Source of the DNA: Welwitschia mirabilis
Lineage: Eukaryota
DNA: 40,025 nt
Direction: 5' to 3'
Assembly (NCBI GenBank): GCA_051453625.1
Contig: JBOZIK010000001.1
Span: 26,778,655-26,818,679, forward strand
Below, in pieces: positions 33,431 through 40,025 of this stretch; the first letter of the stretch is position 1; every line of letters starts with the position of its first letter. A program made the translations under genes and the position numbers. The notes beneath the pieces are model-generated. The model saw only the letters and a program-made list of their open reading frames with translations, did no database searches and was not told the origin of the DNA.

Positions 33431-36400
33431 CTGAAAGCTTAGAGTAATTCCCTGATTGGATGAAGTAATGGTCTACGAGTTCTTCACCTAGTCCCCAAGG
33501 AGGCGGTAATGCCTTCCTACTGATCTACTCGTTGGGCAATTTATGAACCCCACCAAAGAAAAAGTGGAGAGCTTCGTGTTACTGTCTGCTTCCAAAAAAA
33601 ATCTTCTTGCTTTCTGCAGGAATCTCCTGCAGCTTGGAGAGGGAGTCTTCAGAGATTTCTATTAGAGTTCTTTAGAAAGTGGTGTGTCCTTCTNNNNNNN
33701 NNNNNNNNNNNNNNNNNNNNNNNNNNNNNNNNNNNNNNNNNNNNNNNNNNNNNNNNNNNNNNNNNNNNNNNNNNNNNNNNNNNNNNNNNNNNNNNNNNNN
33801 NNNNNNNNNNNNNNNNNNNNNNNNNNNNNNNNNNNNNNNNNNNNNNNNNNNNNNNNNNNNNNNNNNNNNNNNNNNNNNNNNNNNNNNNNNNNNNNNNNNN
33901 NNNNNNNNNNNNNNNNNNNNNNNNNNNNNNNNNNNNNNNNNNNNNNNNNNNNNNNNNNNNNNNNNNNNNNNNNNNNNNNNNNNNNNNNNNNNNNNNNNNN
34001 NNNNNNNNNNNNNNNNNNNNNNNNNNNNNNNNNNNNNNNNNNNNNNNNNNNNNNNNNNNNNNNNNNNNNNNNNNNNNNNNNNNNNNNNNNNNNNNNNNNN
34101 NNNNNNNNNNNNNNNNNNNNNNNNNNNNNNNNNNNNNNNNNNNNNNNNNNNNNNNNNNNNNNNNNNNNNNNNNNNNNNNNNNNNNNNNNNNNNNNNNNNN
34201 NNNNNNNNNNNNNNNNNNNNNNNNNNNNNNNNNNNNNNNNNNNNNNNNNNNNNNNNNNNNNNNNNNNNNNNNNNNNNNNNNNNNNNNNNNNNNNNNNNNN
34301 NNNNNNNNNNNNNNNNNNNNNNNNNNNNNNNNNNNNNNNNNNNNNNNNNNNNNNNNNNNNNNNNNNNNNNNNNNNNNNNNNNNNNNNNNNNNNNNNNNNN
34401 NNNNNNNNNNNNNNNNNNNNNNNNNNNNNNNNNNNNNNNNNNNNNNNNNNNNNNNNNNNNNNNNNNNNNNNNNNNNNNNNNNNNNNNNNNNNNNNNNNNN
34501 NNNNNNNNNNNNNNNNNNNNNNNNNNNNNNNNNNNNNNNNNNNNNNNNNNNNNNNNNNNNNNNNNNNNNNNNNGAGTTGTTGGCGAGCTGTGCTGAGAAG
34601 CTTCCTTAGATAGGAATCCCCATGATCAATTGTCCAATCTCTGTATTTGTAATTAATCAAATCACACCAAGGTTGACCTTCTTCTTGTAGGTTCTTTAGG
34701 ACTCTATGAGCTCCAGTGAGGATATAATATTTAGGTTTTTGAATCCCCCAACCTCCTGATTCCTTTAGATGGGTAATAATCTCCTATTTACAGAGATGAA
34801 TTTGATGGTGATCCTTTCCTCATGACCAAATAAAGTCTTGTAATATCCTATTGATTTTTCATATGATATTTCTTGAGAGGACGATAACAGAAGTTATGTA
34901 CCAGAAGGATGAGATTAAGCAAGAGTTTATGAGAATTATTTTAGACTTTGAGGAGAGAAAGTTATTTCATCATGATCTGCACTACCTTTAGATGAATTCC
35001 AATATTTAATTCCAGATATTTATCTTGTGTCAATTTCAAAGANNNNNNNNNNNNNNNNNNNNNNNNNNNNNNNNNNNNNNNNNNNNNNNNNNNNNNNNNN
35101 NNNNNNNNNNNNNNNNNNNNNNNNNNNNNNNNNNNNNNNNNNNNNNNNNNNNNNNNNNNNNNNNNNNNNNNNNNNNNNNNNNNNNNNNNNNNNNNNNNNN
35201 NNNNNNNNNNNNNNNNNNNNNNNNNNNNNNNNNNNNNNNNNNNNNNNNNNNNNNNNNNNNNNNNNNNNNNNNNNNNNNNNNNNNNNNNNNNNNNNNNNNN
35301 NNNNNNNNNNNNNNNNNNNNNNNNNNNNNNNNNNNNNNNNNNNNNNNNNNNNNNNNNNNNNNNNNNNNNNNNNNNNNNNNNNNNNNNNNNNNNNNNNNNN
35401 NNNNNNNNNNNNNNNNNNNNNNNNNNNNNNNNNNNNNNNNNNNNNNNNNNNNNNNNNNNNNNNNNNNNNNNNNNNNNNNNNNNNNNNNNNNNNNNNNNNN
35501 NNNNNNNNNNNNNNNNNNNNNNNNNNNNNNNNNNNNNNNNNNNNNNNNNNNNNNNNNNNNNNNNNNNNNNNNNNNNNNNNNNNNNNNNNNNNNNNTTCAA
35601 AGAGGAATACTCAGGTAGATATCCTGTAGATCTCCTAACTTTCTACTTAGGATTTAGGTGATTTCACCTCCTCTGATACATTTTCTACCCAAAGTGTGTA
35701 TTCTTGATTTATTCTAATTAGTGTGAATCCCTGTTACCTCTAAAAAGATGTTCATGGCATTTTTGATTACTTTTACTTGCTAACATAAAGCCTTAATCAT
35801 GATGATGGTTTCATCTGCATAGTGATTGTTGAGAAAGGTTTGGCCTCCAATTCTGATTCCTATAACTCCATTTCTTCTTAAGAAAACCTGTAACACTCTC
35901 ATCACAAATGGAAAAAGGTATGAAAATAGGGGATCCCCTTGTTTTAAACCTCTTCCCATTGAGAAGAAATTTAATCTAATGATTGTTAACCTCCACACTA
36001 AATTTAACACAATCCTGCATGTCTAGCCAAAGAATAATAATATCTTGATAAAAGCCTGTTTTTCTAAGAATACACATAAAGCTTATCAACTAAAAAAATT
36101 ATAAGATTTAGCAATATCTAATTTAGCAATAAGGAGAGGAAAAATTTGTATTTTTTAGTAGAGTGAATGATCTCATGAGTCAAGAGAATTTGATCTTAGA
36201 TATACTTGGATCAGATGAAGCCAACTTGGTTCTTTAAAATTACATTAGAAAGCAAAGGGGTGATTCGGCTAACCATGATTTTCGCAAAAATTTTGTAAAT
36301 GATGTTACAAATACCTAGAGGCCTAAAATCCTCTGGTTTGCTAGCATCTCTTTTTTTTCAGTATGAGTACCACTCTAGTTCTGTTCATCTCCCTAAAATC

Positions 36401-38512
36401 CATCTGTTGTGGAAGACTTCCTGCATTACATCATGAAGGTTATCCCCCAGGATGGAGAAGTGGAATTTGAAAAGTTCGATTGGATAACCATTAGGGATAG
36501 GGGCTTGGTTATTATTTATAGATCTAATAACAGATAAGATCTCTTCTCTATTCAGGGGTTTAGTCAATATATAATTATCTTCACTTGAGATTTTCTTATT
36601 TTCTGGATTAAAGCTGGGGGCGATATCATCCCATTCCAAGATTCTCTTAAGATGGACCTGCAATTCCTTAGCTATATCCTCTTCATTTTCTGTGATTTAA
36701 CCTCCTGTAGATAGTCTTTTGATTCTATTATTAGATATGTGCTGGTTAACNNNNNNNNNNNNNNNNNNNNNNNNNNNNNNNNNNNNNNNNNNNNNNNNNN
36801 NNNNNNNNNNNNNNNNNNNNNNNNNNNNNNNNNNNNNNNNNNNNNNNNNNATAAGGAGAGGAAATTTGTATTTTTTAACAGAGTGAATGATCTCATGAGT
36901 CAAGAGGATTTGGTCTTGGATATACCTGGTCGGATGAAGCTGGCTTGATTCTCTGAAATCACATTGGGAAGCAGGGGGGTGATTTGTTCAACCATGATTT
37001 TCGAAAAATTTTTGTAAATGATGTTACAAACACCTAGAGGCCTGAAATCCTTTGGCTTGCTAGCATCCCTTTTTTTTGGTATAAGTACCACCCTAGTTCT
37101 GTTTATTTCCCTAGGAATCCGTCTGTTGTGGAAGACTTCCTGCATTACGTCATGAAGGTTATCCCTTAGGATGGAGAAATGGGATTTGAAAAGTTCGACT
37201 GGCCAACCATCAAGGTCAGGGACTTGGTTAATCTTCATGGATCTGACAGCAGATAAGATCTCTTCTCTACTCAGAGGTTTAGTTAAGATATAATTATCTT
37301 CACTCGAGACTTCTTATTTTCTGGAATTAAGCTGGGGGCGATATCGTCCCATTCTCAAACTCTCTTAAGATGAGCCTGCAATTCCTTAGCTCTATCCTTT
37401 TTATTTTCTGTGATTTGACCTCCTACAGATAGTCTTCTGATCCTGTTGTTTGATTTGTGTTGGTTGGCCTTTTAGAAGAAGAATCTAGTATGTTTATCAC
37501 CCTCTTTTAGCCACTTGATCCTTGAGCGTCCTTTCTAATAATGTTCTTCATCATCATTTATTTCTTTGAGATACATTAGGCACTGATATTCTCTGCTCCA
37601 AAGACTGTCCTTGTTACCTCCCTCCTCCTACTTAGTTTGGACACTTTTAAGTTCCTTCTTAAGTTGAGCTTTTGATTCAAACCTCTCTTTATCTTTCCTT
37701 CTATAATCTCTTATGTGAGCCTTTAAGACATTGAGACCTCTGTATAGAAAAGTTATAGGTTGGGTTCCATCATACTGTGCCCATATTTTTTTCAACAGTA
37801 CTCTAGTTTCTGTCTCGTTAATTCAATACCATTCAATATGAACGTAGTTTTTGAGGAAGAGATTATCCCCATTCTGAGTTTAATAGGAAGGTAATCCGAG
37901 GTAATTATATTCAGACCACAGACTTTAAGTGGAAGTTTAGCTAGATCCTTCCTAGCCAGAACTCAAATCTTAGACATTATCAAATCTGTACTTGCTCTTC
38001 TATTCGACCACATGTATTTGCACCTAACAAGAGGGACGTCTGTAAGGGAGTATCTTACCAAAAAATCTATTAGTATTAAAGCACCTCTTCCAATTATCGC
38101 CCCCTAATTTTTCCCAGTGGTGAAAACATTGGTTGAAGTTACCCAGTATCCATCTAGATTTATCTACTATAGTCTTTTGAGCTTCTTCCAATATCGCAAC
38201 CTTGTCTTGATTGTGCTGTGAACTATAAATATTTATGATAGACTAGCCTTTATCTTAATGAGAATTGTGATATGGTTCTTATTGCTGTGAATTAGAACTA
38301 CCTCTTTTTTGGTAGAAGGCCACCAAAGTTTCCTTCAGCAGCAATGGTGAAAGATGTCCATTACCATCCTAGATTCATTTTTCCATATAATTTTTTTATC
38401 TTCATTTCCTATGAGCAAATTAAATCAATATTATATTGATTGATCAAATTTTGTAGATCTTTTTCTTGTAAGAGGACTCTAATTCCTTGTAATTACATGT
38501 GAGACAATTCAT
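32631..38512 (-). pseudogene. L1 ORF2 (AP endonuclease, reverse transcriptase), disrupted; 3' end inferred
   Basis: MNCLTCNYKEL start, RIKWLKEGDKHTRFF, PDLDGWPVELFK, LIPKKRDASKPKDFRPLGVCNIIYK, GRGLKQGDPL, NHYADET, YLSIPL, KESGGWGI. Probable stop RKLLQE* at 32633-32631. Confidence 0.85.
36131..37470. repeat. Diverged duplicate of L1 RT segment (about 36131-36750 and 36851-37470) either side of a 100-N gap
   Basis: Both start ataaggagagg and encode ..ELFK.HFSIL.DNLHDVMQEVFHNR; many substitutions. Confidence 0.9.
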
Positions 38513-39561
38513 TAGGGGTGTTTTCGTCCCTTTTTGAGTGCTTGTCCTTTCCTTAAGGTATCTTCGATAGTGGCTTGGGAGCTATTTGCAACTTTCTCTA
38601 TCGTTTCTCATTCTTGGAGGATTCTATTACTGGCCTTTCCTTTATTTGGGTTTTTAATTCATTGGGTTCATCATNNNNNNNNNNNNNNNNNNNNNNNNNN
38701 NNNNNNNNNNNNNNNNNNNNNNNNNNNNNNNNNNNNNNNNNNNNNNNNNNNNNNNNNNNNNNNNTAGGGAAAACATTAGTACTTTTTCAGTTTGTTCCTT
38801 GTTTTGCTTATGTTGACATATATTCTGATTGTGACCAGTTTTCTCAAACAAAGTGTAGGTTTTCTTTAGCTTTTCTTCAATATTAATCAGTCTTTTTCAA
38901 CATTCTTCTCGTAGGTAACCCAATCTTCTACAATGTAAACATTTCTTTTCAGGAGGAGCACATCTTTCAAAGAGGTGTTCTGATTTTTCATAAACTATNN
39001 NNNNNNNNNNNNNNNNNNNNNNNNNNNNNNNNNNNNNNNNNNNNNNNNNNNNNNNNNNNNNNNNNNNNNNNNNNNNNNNNNNNNNNNNNNNNNNNNNNNN
39101 NNNNNNNNNNNNNNNNNNNNNNNNNNNNNNNNNNNNNNNNNNNNNNNNNNNNNNNNNNNNNNNNNNNNNNNNNNNNNNNNNNNNNNNNNNNNNNNNNNNN
39201 NNNNNNNNNNNNNNNNNNNNNNNNNNNNNNNNNNNNNNNNNNNNNNNNNNNNNNNNNNNNNNNNNNNNNNNNNNNNNNNNNNNAAACCATGGTCCTCTTG
39301 CAATTATTTTGTCTTAATCTTATTCATTATCTAGTTGAAATAATACCAATCCTTCGGCATTGTAATACCATCAACTTTGCTAATCCCTGTCCATTTTGTA
39401 GCAACCCATTCATGGATCCGATCCAACCTTGGTCGAGGACCAGATGAGACAAACTTATCAGTTAATTTGTATTTGAACTTCTTCTCGATCTCACTATAGG
39501 AATCTTCATCGATGTCCAAAACAAGGGATTTCCCTTTCTTGGAGAACTGAGACTTCTCCAT
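38512..39561 (-). pseudogene. L1 ORF1 (DUF4283-like N-terminus), gapped
   Basis: MEKSQFSKKG...KFVSSGPRPRLDRIHEWVATKWTG..MPKDWYYF; ends KKGRKHP* with the TAA overlapping the ORF2 ATG. Confidence 0.8.
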
Positions 39562-40025
39562 ATTGGGGCCAAACCCCTAGAAAAAAACCCTAAAATCAAA
39601 CTAGAACTGCAAAATGAAAAAAATCCCATAACTTACCTAAAGAATGTCTGTCTTACAACTGAAATCGCCCCTACGCTCTATGACCAGGGACCGAAACCAC
39701 CCTCATTGGTCTGCGATCCTCCAAGACTTGCTCCCTCCTCTGCTCTAGGTCCGCTAAACCTCTTAACGCTAATGTCTAAATTTGAAATATCATATATAAA
39801 TTATCTTATTCTTTGTATTCATAATAATGATTAAATGTAAAAACATCATGATAGCTAAAGCATCTTTATTTTCTTTATGCATCTTAAGATATTGACAATC
39901 TCTTCTTATATGCCTCTTATTTCTTATAATACCAACAAATGACCTTGTTATTACAACTTACTTATTTGACCTACGTATTATTTCTTTGAATATTTTGCAT
40001 TTATTTTGATTTAAAAAAATCATGA

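Larger units (their letters stand above)
31713..39769 (-). mobile_element. Apparently full-length L1 LINE with 5' UTR, ORF1, ORF2, an extra J-domain ORF, poly(A) and TSD
   Basis: TSD TAATGTCT at 31705-31712 and 39770-39777 (extends to cattaatgtct / cgctaatgtct). T-run at 31712-31722 is the poly(A). ORF1 starts at 39561, ORF2 at 38512. Several gaps and gap-flanking duplications. Confidence 0.9.

Noticed and set aside
33662-35629. Long ORFs of 200-330 aa
   Set aside because: Almost entirely N; artefacts of gaps. The same applies at 19089-19987, 30063-30617 and 38988-39303.

Overview
AT-rich eukaryotic scaffold with many N gaps, from a land plant (probably large-genome; exact taxon not determinable). 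The only host gene seen is the 3' half of ERCC1 on the + strand: four exons at 9206-9305, 9399-9470, 13868-13936 and 18866 to about 19998. Its introns are long and filled with transposable elements: a decayed chromovirus-type Ty3/gypsy interrupted by a non-autonomous hAT and by a copia/TRIM block, a tRNA-like SINE, an RTE/RTEX-like LINE and a tandem TRIM array. Downstream lie several decayed L1 LINEs. The most notable feature is a TSD-bounded, poly(A)-tailed, apparently full-length L1 (about 31713-39769, - strand) carrying a third reading frame between ORF2 and the tail. That frame encodes a Ser/Pro/Gln-rich linker followed by a DnaJ J-domain (HPDKNP). Other oddities are an insertion with two unrelated LTRs inside one 5-bp TSD, a TRIM array ending in a fold-back LTR, and TAATG stop-start junctions in two L1s. 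All calls come from manual reading and translation; no database search was run.
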